Assembly (NCBI RefSeq): GCF_036323395.1
Contig: NZ_AP028907.1
Location: forward strand, 450,001-482,000
Direction of reading: 5' to 3'
Length of the DNA: 32,000 bases
Source: Pyrodictium abyssi
GTDB lineage: Archaea; Thermoproteota; Thermoprotei_A; Sulfolobales; Pyrodictiaceae
The notes below the pieces were generated by a model that worked only from the letters and a program-made list of their open reading frames with translations, was not told the origin of the DNA and ran no database searches. Below, one piece after another: positions 25,400 to 32,000 of this stretch (its first letter is position 1; each line of letters starts with the position of its first letter). The position numbers and the translations under genes were made by a program.

Positions 25400-25695
25400 C
25401 GCCTACGCCGCCTGGCCGGCAGCGCGTAGAGCGGAACCCCGTCCACGATCCTCTTCTCCACAAGCCCCTGCCGTACAAGCTTCTTCAGCTTCCTCCAGGC
25501 AACGCTGCGGTGGACGCCTAGCTGCCTCGCTATCTCGCTCGCCCGGAGGGGCCTCCCGGACTCTGCGAGCACTCGTAGAATAGCCTCGTCCCTCTCATCA
25601 AGCCCGTTCTCCCCGACCACCGGCGCCTCGCCGCCCCGCCAGAGTTCCGAGACGATATCGAGTAGCCGGGATACACGGGAACGGAGAGACAGCAA
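25396..25695 (-). CDS. Small winged-helix transcriptional regulator (MarR/ArsR-like)
   Basis: 99 aa. DEAILRVLAESGRPLRASEIARQLGVHRSVAWRKLKKLVRQGLV. It is convergent with KaiC-A and overlaps its end by 4 nt. The start is TTG. Confidence 0.65.
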   Translation of the reverse strand: MLSLRSRVSRLLDIVSELWRGGEAPVVGENGLDERDEAILRVLAESGRPLRASEIARQLGVHRSVAWRKLKKLVRQGLVEKRIVDGVPLYALPARRRRR

Positions 25696-25898
25696 CGCCG
25701 AGACACCGTTCCATACCAGAAGCCAGCACGCCCCTTAGCTACCCGCGCAGAGGCGTATTACGACTCAAGCATAGGAGGATATATAGAGGGCGCGGAGCCT
25801 ACTGGCACGTATTAAAACGGCACTGTGGCAGGCCCACCATGCTAACCTCCGCTAACTATAAACGAGCGACAACAATCCCTACTACACCTGCGGGGCGA

Positions 25899-25923
25899 GG
25901 GCGGCAGCCGGGGCTACCCCTGG
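25899..25923. repeat. 25-bp perfect inverted repeat, right copy (partner 23607-23631)
   Basis: gggcggcagccggggctacccctgg read directly. The core is shared with 71-91. Confidence 0.95.
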
Positions 25924-26148
25924 ACCCTCGGCGGCGGGGACGGTGACCCCGCGCGTGGGGGAGGCCCCGCCGCCCACGCCTACCCTCTATGCTTCTTGCC
26001 TCCTCTCTCCCAGCACCCGGTCCGCTGCACCCCGGGTTCCCCGCGGGAGCCGCTTATAGACCAGTCTGCACCGGTAAATATGCCGCCGGGGGGGGGGGTA
26101 CTTTATGTATTTCGTATTCCGCTCTCCCCGCAGTACGAGAGAGCCGGC

Positions 26149-27246
26149 CTAGCCCCCGACTGTGTCATGGCCTCCAAGGTGCTCGTTGAGCTGCTCCACG
26201 TATTTGAAGCCGTTGTCGGGGAAGACGAGGACGTAGTCGCCGTCCTCCAGCTCCCCGCTGTCCAGCAGCCTCGTGAAGGCTGCGGCGACGGCTCCGCTGC
26301 TCATGCCGGGGAGTATGCCGTCCCGGCGGGCCACTGTCAGCAGCGCCTCTATCGCCTCGCGCCGGGTCACCTCTACCACGCGGTCGGGCTTGACCCAGTG
26401 TATCCACTTCATCCCGGTCTCTATCCTGCGTATGCCGGGTATGACCTCGCCCCGGGCGGGCTGCACTGTGTAGATCTTCACGCCGCCCACCCTGTTGCGG
26501 AAGTAGAATGTTATCGCGGCCATGTGGCCTGAGGTGCCGATGCCCCCGATTATGCCCCGAGGCTTTATACCGGCGTGGCGTAGCTGTAGCTCGAGCTCCT
26601 TGGCCATGTAGCGGAGGTGTACCAGGAAGTTGGCGTCGTTGCTGAACTGGTCTATGTGGAGTGCCCCGTCCCGGGCAGCATCCCTCTTCACGTCCTCTAG
26701 CAGCTCGACGGTGAGCTGCTTCCCGGCCCGGACAACCTCGGCACCCAGGGCCCGTAGCAGGGTATCGCTCGCCCGCTGTATGACCCGGGGGATGTAGAGC
26801 CTAGCCCGGAACCCGTATATAGCGGCCATAGCGGCGAGCGCCATGCCCGTATTGGTCGAGGTCGCCTCGTAGACTAGGCTACCCTGCCAGCCGTTCTCCA
26901 GCGCCCGGCGGACCATGTACCAGCCTACGCGGTCCTTGACGCTCATACTGTAGGGGTTGTACCACTCGAGCTTAGCCCAGGCCCTCACCCCGCCGCTGAA
27001 GAGGCTACGCAGCATGACAAGGGGCGTAGGCCAGCCGCGGTAGAGAAGCTCCAGCGTGTCCCGGAAAACCCTCATCGGCGAGGGGTCTATGTCCTCGTAG
27101 AACCCCATATCCTCGAGGCTAGCCTCCACGGGCACGGGGTTCTCCTGCGACACGGGTACACGGCGGACGCCGAGTAGCCGGAGAGCCCAGACTAGGCGGC
27201 GCGCCTCCTCGCCCACTACTCTAACGGATCCGTGTACTGGTATCAC
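26149..27246 (-). CDS. PLP-dependent cysteine synthase of the archaeal O-phosphoserine sulfhydrylase type
   Basis: Motifs: LEWYNPYSMSVKDR (PLP lysine), STNTG, GIGTSGHM, IPGIRRIETGM, GDYVLVFPDNGFKY. This motif set and the long N-terminal extension resemble the characterised Aeropyrum pernix O-phosphoserine sulfhydrylase, as I recall its sequence. Confidence 0.8.
   Translation of the reverse strand: MIPVHGSVRVVGEEARRLVWALRLLGVRRVPVSQENPVPVEASLEDMGFYEDIDPSPMRVFRDTLELLYRGWPTPLVMLRSLFSGGVRAWAKLEWYNPYSMSVKDRVGWYMVRRALENGWQGSLVYEATSTNTGMALAAMAAIYGFRARLYIPRVIQRASDTLLRALGAEVVRAGKQLTVELLEDVKRDAARDGALHIDQFSNDANFLVHLRYMAKELELQLRHAGIKPRGIIGGIGTSGHMAAITFYFRNRVGGVKIYTVQPARGEVIPGIRRIETGMKWIHWVKPDRVVEVTRREAIEALLTVARRDGILPGMSSGAVAAAFTRLLDSGELEDGDYVLVFPDNGFKYVEQLNEHLGGHDTVGG
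26179..26236. repeat. 58-bp perfect direct repeat, copy 2 (partner 13593-13650)
   Basis: Lies inside the 3' end of the intact cysteine synthase gene and is identical to 13593-13650. Confidence 0.95.
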
Positions 27247-27330
27247 TCCTCGATCCCCCGCTGCGGAGGAGAGCAGCTAGCAGGTCTAGCAGCTCCTCGA
27301 GCCCTGGAGCCTCTCCGGCATCAAGCTCCT

Positions 27331-27836
27331 CTATGGGCATGAGTGTATAGCCAGCCAACCCGGTGCACACCACCACTGCTCATGCGTGTACAGGGTCTCG
27401 GGATGGGGGTGTGGGCGCCCCTCCACACTCGGGTCTAGGGTAGATCCTCGAGAGGCGTATCTGCCCGGGGGCTCGAAGCAGACCCGGTGGCGGCTAGTCC
27501 TGGGCGGTAGGAGCTTGCCCTCGAGCCCAGCTCTAAGCACTGTAGCCTTGTCAACGTGTAGCCCGGGCCTCCACGAGCCGGCCTCTACGCACGGCGGGCT
27601 GTAGTCGACTAGTACTGCTGGTACACGGCGGGCGCCGAGGCGGCAGAGCGCCGACACCCGGTGGTGCCGTCGAGTATGACTAGTGTCTTCGTGTCTACCA
27701 GTACTGGGCGCTCTACCCGGCCTCTACGCCGTATATCCTCTACCAGCTTCTCAACCCTCTGCGGCTCAACTATCTCGTGGGCGCGTAGACGCTCTAGAGG
27801 GACTAGTGCCACCCTGTAGAGCCTGGCTACGCTCAT
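27331..27836 (-). pseudogene. ParB/sulfiredoxin-fold protein (SerK-like serine kinase candidate) interrupted by a frameshift in the DGHHR motif
   Basis: ORF 27609..27836 reads ...LERLRAHEIV...PVLVDTKTLVILDG and then runs out of frame. ORF 27331..27657, shifted by one nt, continues HHRVSALCRLGARRVPAVLVDY. Restoring one C in ggc(c)accacc at about 27663-27668 recreates ILDGHHRVSAL. The gene sits directly upstream of the cysteine synthase gene. Confidence 0.7.
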
Positions 27837-27862
27837 GCCTGCTAGCGCCTTGCACCCCAGCC

Positions 27863-27883
27863 GCCTATAACACTGTTATAGGC
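27863..27883. promoter_or_regulatory. 21-bp perfect palindrome gcctataaca-c-tgttataggc containing TATA-like cores
   Basis: Read directly. It lies 27-47 nt upstream of the SerK-like ATG (27836). That spacing is compatible with a TATA box for a leaderless or short-leader transcript overlapped by an operator. Confidence 0.45.
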
Positions 27884-28022
27884 TTAATTAGTGTTTCTCT
27901 CACTGATTACGAACCTAACGATAATATAGAGACTAACCCTCCCGGCCGGAGGCTAGGCACCCAGCGGCAGAGAGTGGCTCCCGCTAGCTCACCCGCCCAG
28001 AAGGTAACGCGCCCTGCAGGCG

Positions 28023-28337
28023 CTAGCCCGAGGCGCGCTGTATAAGCCGCTTAACCGGCTCCGGGTCCCCCTTCTCAAGCGCGGTGATAGCATTGAGGAC
28101 CTCGGGCGCGGACCGGGAGAACGCGAGCAACACGCTACGGAGGATGACGCGGGCCTTACGGGGGTCCCGCTGGTAGGAGAGGAGGACCCTGTAGGCGGCC
28201 AGGGGGTCGCGCACCAGGAGGGTGGCAAAGTCCACACGGTACGCGGCGAACGCCCTGTTATCAAGCACAGCGAGGGCACCCATAGCGACGGAGCGTAGCC
28301 GCTCACGGACAAGCTGTACCGCTCGGCCGCTCGGCAT
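28023..28337 (-). CDS. Hypothetical helical protein (104 aa) downstream of KaiC-B
   Basis: ATG-initiated ORF on the same strand as KaiC-B, with a plausible amino-acid composition. No family was recognised. Confidence 0.45.
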   Translation of the reverse strand: MPSGRAVQLVRERLRSVAMGALAVLDNRAFAAYRVDFATLLVRDPLAAYRVLLSYQRDPRKARVILRSVLLAFSRSAPEVLNAITALEKGDPEPVKRLIQRASG

Positions 28338-28543
28338 AAGCGTTCGGCCCCTCTACCATAATGTCTACGTCTACTATGATGCAGGCTCAGCCTACGCCGC
28401 TGGATGGTCTAGCACGAGCCAATTTAATAACAGCACGCAACAGCCCCGGCCCCTAGGGCTAACGACGGCCAGAGGCCCTCTCGTTGTCCCTCCCCGTCTA
28501 TGGCTGTGTGTAGTGGTGTAGTGGGCGGGCTTCCTGCGTGCCC

Positions 28544-30091
28544 CTAGCCTATGCAGTGCAGTTCTGCGAGCTTCTGTGTATTCACCGACATGTTAAAGTG
28601 TAGGTGTGCTAGCTGGTGGTAGACCTCCACAGCCAGGTCTAGTGTGAGCCCCTTGAACCTCTCCGCGGCGAGGTCTGATAGCCTGCAGGGGCTCGTCTCC
28701 ATGTACATGCCCATATCGAACATAGGCGCCAGGGCAAGCTCCGACATGGCTGAGCGTACTGGGAACGAGTAGATGTAGAACCCTGTTATCCCGTTCCTCT
28801 TGTTGCGCAGCAGCGTGTTGTACAGGTTGTAGGTCAGGTCCTTTGCCTCCACCATGGACTCGAGGATCTCGAGGCCCTCGAATATCGTTATCTCCGGCCT
28901 TATCTTCTGCATAGCCAGGTACATTATATCGTTGAGCTCGTTAACTGTGTACACGCTCGGGTTGAGCGACATCACGTGTAGCTGCTGGAGCCTCTTAATG
29001 GCTTCAACATCTTGCTCGGCGCCGGTGCCTAGTATGCAGCGCGCCATGTTTGATATAGCCTGGGGGCTCGACTTGAAGCTTATGACCAACACATCAGCCG
29101 GCGTGCCCATGATGAAGGAGGTCGCGAGCATCGAGGCGACGAGCCTGCTGTTTACAGTAGTCGAGAGGCCTATGAGCACCTGAGCGCCCCGCGGCACGGA
29201 GAGGACGCGGCAGAGCATGCCTAGAGCCTCGCGGGCCTCCTGCATCGAGCCGGGCACGCTGATGCGCACGATGTTCTTGCCGTCTACGCGTAGCGCGCCC
29301 AGCAGCTCGCAGAGGTTGTAGGTCTTAGTGACGTCGAATGGTGGTACCTCCTCGGGCTCCTCTGGCAGGCTTATCTCTATGACGACGCCGGGCCTCATGT
29401 AGAAGGGTAGCTCGGCCTGGTGTATGGGGGCCCAGCGGGCCTTACGCAGCTCTAGTATGCGCTGAAGCTTGCCCTGCTCTATCTGGAACCTGAGGATAAA
29501 CACCGCGTCTACTATGAACTCCTCGATGCCGTATCCTACCACGCGGGCCCCGTAGGGGTGCTCCGCTATGAGTATCGAGGTGACGCCGAGGGGCTTGAGC
29601 CCGTTAACGAAGAAGTTCTGCAGCAGCTCGCGTATCTTGGCCTTGTCTCGGACTATCTGGAGCATAGCCGTTATACTGTCTATTACTATCCTCTTGGCTT
29701 TGACCTCTTCTACGAGTTTTAGAACCTCCTCTAGCTGTGATATGAGGGCCTCCTCGTCTACGATTGTTAGTGCTTCTACGTAGTGGAATAGTCCCTTCTC
29801 TTCGAGGCTTTCGAAGTCCATGCCGAGCATGGCCATGTGGCTGAGGAAGTCCTGGCGGGGCTCGACGAAGTTGAGGTACACCCCGGGCTCGCCGAGGCGC
29901 CGCGCACCCTCGTAGAGGAACTTCGCCGCGAAAGTAGACTTACCAGTACCAGGGTTCCCAGCGAGAAGCACAACAGCCCCACGAGGAACACCGCCGTTGA
30001 GGAGCCTGTCGAGGCCTGGTATGCCTGAGGGCACAATCTCTATACGTTGGGTGGAGACGCCGAGGTCTTGCATCAGATCCCTGGTTTTCAT
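28544..30091 (-). CDS. Two-domain KaiC-like ATPase, paralogue B (second domain lacks a P-loop)
   Basis: Walker A GNPGTGKST and Walker B-like RIVIDSITA. The second domain has GAQVLIGLSTTVNSRL in place of a P-loop. The C-terminal half is visibly less GC-rich and strongly diverged from KaiC-A. Confidence 0.85.
   Translation of the reverse strand: MKTRDLMQDLGVSTQRIEIVPSGIPGLDRLLNGGVPRGAVVLLAGNPGTGKSTFAAKFLYEGARRLGEPGVYLNFVEPRQDFLSHMAMLGMDFESLEEKGLFHYVEALTIVDEEALISQLEEVLKLVEEVKAKRIVIDSITAMLQIVRDKAKIRELLQNFFVNGLKPLGVTSILIAEHPYGARVVGYGIEEFIVDAVFILRFQIEQGKLQRILELRKARWAPIHQAELPFYMRPGVVIEISLPEEPEEVPPFDVTKTYNLCELLGALRVDGKNIVRISVPGSMQEAREALGMLCRVLSVPRGAQVLIGLSTTVNSRLVASMLATSFIMGTPADVLVISFKSSPQAISNMARCILGTGAEQDVEAIKRLQQLHVMSLNPSVYTVNELNDIMYLAMQKIRPEITIFEGLEILESMVEAKDLTYNLYNTLLRNKRNGITGFYIYSFPVRSAMSELALAPMFDMGMYMETSPCRLSDLAAERFKGLTLDLAVEVYHQLAHLHFNMSVNTQKLAELHCIG
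29505..29629. repeat. 125-bp inverted repeat with 1 mismatch, copy in KaiC-B
   Basis: Reverse complement of 24335-24459 except for one position. Confidence 0.9.
29748..29996. repeat. 249-bp perfect inverted repeat, copy in KaiC-B
   Basis: Exact reverse complement of 23968-24216. Confidence 0.95.
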
Positions 30092-30346
30092 GGCTTTATC
30101 CCTCGCCTCATTATGTATTCACCCCGGTCGCCCCTAGCACCCGCGTAGTAGGGTACACAACTCTTGGGCGTTCTAAATCTTAGACAGTTGCACGCGCTCC
30201 TGGCCTCTGGAGGGCCAGGCTCTAGGGTGAAGCCGTGATAGTCTTGTTGGCCTCTGCGCGTGCTATGGCCTCATAGATAGCTTAGGCCGGCTGCTAGGAT
30301 ATATCTCCTTCTTTCTCTATTGCTCGCTGCTGCTGTGGGTTGAAGG

Positions 30347-31237
30347 CTAGCTGACTACAGCTGGCGAGGCCAGGTAGGCCAGTATACTAGCTATTGTAAG
30401 CGTTATTATGTACTTGGAGGCCATCAGTGTGTATCCGTGGACAACCCTGGCTATCACAATAGCTGAGGCTACCACTATCACGAGAAGGGAGTAGAAGTAG
30501 AGGCCTCCAAGCAGGTCCGGGTCTATCGCTGCGCCGAAGAGCCCGCCCCCAGCTACCCCTGCTACGAGCGCCTGGACAATGCCAGCAGCCACGGCGTACG
30601 TTAGCGAAGCCAGGGATACGACAAAGCTGTACTCCGATAGGCGGGACTGCGTGAGCTTCATCAGGCGGCGGCTCTCCCGGGAGTAAACCGCCGCGGAGGA
30701 GAGCACCTCGTGCACCATGCCGCCGCTCAGCGACGCGGCGACTATGCTGCGGGCTAGTAGCCTCACGCGGGGCGGGGCTCTCTTGAAGGCCTCCTCGAAG
30801 GCCTTCTCGAGGTCCCCGGTGGCGCGGTAGATGTGGGCCATGCGCTCCACGTAGGTGCCTAGCGGCGGTTTAATCATCTTCGCGGCCCTCAGCAGCGCCT
30901 CAGCCGTGGAGCCGCTTGACGCGGTCAGCCCAGCGTAGGTGGAGAGCAGCTCTGCTAGCTGCTCGTCGAAGATGTCCATGACCCTTACGAAGCGCCTAGC
31001 GTAGAGGTATACGGGTAGCGAGGCCGCCGCGAGGACCCCTGCTATGAGTATCATTGTCCCCTTGTCTGTGACCACTGGTATGAAGTGGAAGAGCTGCACC
31101 CGGTACCGGGGCGTAATCCAGTCGATGCCTAGTACAGTGGCCAGCTTGGGGGCTAGCAGCGGGTAGCCGGTTATCCAGGCTATGGCCAGCCCCACCGCGG
31201 CAGCGAGCACGAGGACTCTGGCTATGGCCCCGGTCAC
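30347..31237 (-). CDS. Half-size T2SSF-domain membrane protein (TadC/FlaJ-half-like platform subunit)
   Basis: 296 aa: TM, then a cytoplasmic helical domain FDEQLAELLSTYAGLTASSGSTAEALLRAAK...YRATGDLEKAFEEAFKR, then C-terminal TMs. The GTG start has a GGAGGGGAGG SD 12 nt upstream. Confidence 0.7.
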   Translation of the reverse strand: MTGAIARVLVLAAAVGLAIAWITGYPLLAPKLATVLGIDWITPRYRVQLFHFIPVVTDKGTMILIAGVLAAASLPVYLYARRFVRVMDIFDEQLAELLSTYAGLTASSGSTAEALLRAAKMIKPPLGTYVERMAHIYRATGDLEKAFEEAFKRAPPRVRLLARSIVAASLSGGMVHEVLSSAAVYSRESRRLMKLTQSRLSEYSFVVSLASLTYAVAAGIVQALVAGVAGGGLFGAAIDPDLLGGLYFYSLLVIVVASAIVIARVVHGYTLMASKYIITLTIASILAYLASPAVVS

Positions 31238-31256
31238 GGCGGCAGCGCCTCCCCTC

Positions 31257-32000
31257 CTAGATCCTTATCCTGGACACCATGGAGTCTACTATCACTATGA
31301 CGGTGGCGCTGAGCATTGGTATCACTATGAACGTGGAGAGGAACAGTATAGTATCTATGCTCAGCCCGGGCATCATCGGGGCGCCCTGGAAGCTGATGGC
31401 CAGGAGGAGGCCGACAACGCCTATAGCCACGGGGAGCATGACGCACGCTGCGACGAATATCTCTAGTATCGCGCCTAGGCTGTTCGAGAGCTTCTCTATC
31501 TCGACCTCGAGAGTGTAGAGGTACTCAGTTATAGAGGCCGTGATTATCTCGCGGACCCCGGTGCCCGTCCTTGCGGCGGCTGCTAGGCCCGCGAAGAGCC
31601 CCCGGAGGCTAGGAACGGGGGTGATGCGCGCCGCCTCCTCTAGGACCGTCTCTACGGGTATGCCGGCCTTTATCCCGGAGACAATGTACTCCATCTCGAG
31701 GAGGAACTCCTTCAGCTCCCTGGCATCCTTCTCGTAGAGCATGATGAAGGCCTCTGAGAGCCCAGCCCCCGCCAGGAGCTTGGTGGCAAGCGCCTCCGCG
31801 AAGAGCAAGAAGCGTGGCTCCAGCTTACCGCCCCGGCTCTTGTATGCGAGCATCGGGAGGGATATGTAGAGGGCCAGCATCAGCGTGAACGCGGTGACCG
31901 CGGCTCCTACGGCTACAGCTACCGCGACGGGCAGGGGTAAGCCGAGGCCAACGTGCATCATTATGAAGGCGGTTACGGCTATAGATGATACGACGATAAC
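31257..32000 (-). CDS. Half-size T2SSF-domain membrane protein (TadB/FlaJ-half-like), 5' end possibly beyond the window
   Basis: It has the same architecture: LEPRFLLFAEALATKLLAGAGLSEAFIMLYE...GIPVETVLEEAA... followed by C-terminal TMs. The reading frame stays open to position 32000. Confidence 0.7.
   Translation of the reverse strand, partial: VIVVSSIAVTAFIMMHVGLGLPLPVAVAVAVGAAVTAFTLMLALYISLPMLAYKSRGGKLEPRFLLFAEALATKLLAGAGLSEAFIMLYEKDARELKEFLLEMEYIVSGIKAGIPVETVLEEAARITPVPSLRGLFAGLAAAARTGTGVREIITASITEYLYTLEVEIEKLSNSLGAILEIFVAACVMLPVAIGVVGLLLAISFQGAPMMPGLSIDTILFLSTFIVIPMLSATVIVIVDSMVSRIRI

Noticed and set aside
25996-26532. 178-aa plus-strand ORF spanning the intergenic region and the cysteine synthase 3' end; also 13593..14066 (+)
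   Set aside because: Both begin in the 58-bp repeat read in antisense (both contain LVELLHVFEAVVGEDEDV) and run antisense to supported genes. Their similarity only reflects the repeat.
31739-31762. atgatga...ctga (C-box/D-box-like) on the plus strand
   Set aside because: It lies inside and antisense to a T2SSF CDS. No second C'/D pair or terminal stem exists at sRNA-compatible spacing, so it is likely chance.
1-32000. Searched for CRISPR arrays, IS elements, integrases, transposases and rRNA/tRNA genes
   Set aside because: No regularly spaced short repeats were seen. No DDE or tyrosine-recombinase-like ORFs were found among the translated frames, and no rRNA-like conserved stretches. Absence is judged by eye only and should be confirmed with dedicated tools.

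Overview
GC-rich archaeal chromosomal segment. Gene content and operon layout fit a hyperthermophilic crenarchaeon (Desulfurococcales-like), but the species cannot be determined from sequence alone. No rRNA, tRNA, CRISPR array, transposase or integrase was recognised.

Main content:
1. A complete, tightly packed crenarchaeal-type archaellum operon lies on the minus strand at 16626-23386: arlB, a small membrane ORF, arlX-like, arlG/F, arlH, arlI, arlJ. It is followed by a giant CARDB-repeat surface protein and a membrane-anchored wHTH protein.
2. There is a three-member family of two-domain KaiC-like ATPases. KaiC-A (23924-25399) is divergent from arlB. KaiC-B (28544-30091) lies downstream of two half-size T2SSF (TadB/TadC-like) platform genes. 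The third copy (270-1748) is heavily decayed.
3. A sulfur/cysteine set is present: a SufS-like desulfurase, an O-phosphoserine-sulfhydrylase-like cysteine synthase, a frameshifted ParB-fold (SerK-like) gene and TusA-like carriers.
4. Housekeeping and accessory genes include hemA, an Arch_ATPase, a PIN toxin pair, HTH regulators, a tandem-DUF2795 protein and a Cys-rich secreted orphan.

The most notable signals are structural:
- A 58-bp perfect direct repeat, with one copy in a stranded 3' relic of the cysteine synthase gene, brackets a 12.5-kb block containing the whole archaellum operon.
- A 249-bp perfect plus a 125-bp near-perfect inverted repeat is shared by KaiC-A and KaiC-B. This indicates mosaic gene conversion and could mediate a 5.5-kb inversion.
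- A 25-bp perfect inverted repeat flanks the KaiC-A cassette, with a third copy next to the KaiC pseudogene.

All family calls rest on motifs read by eye from the ORF translations and on synteny. No alignments or HMM searches were run.
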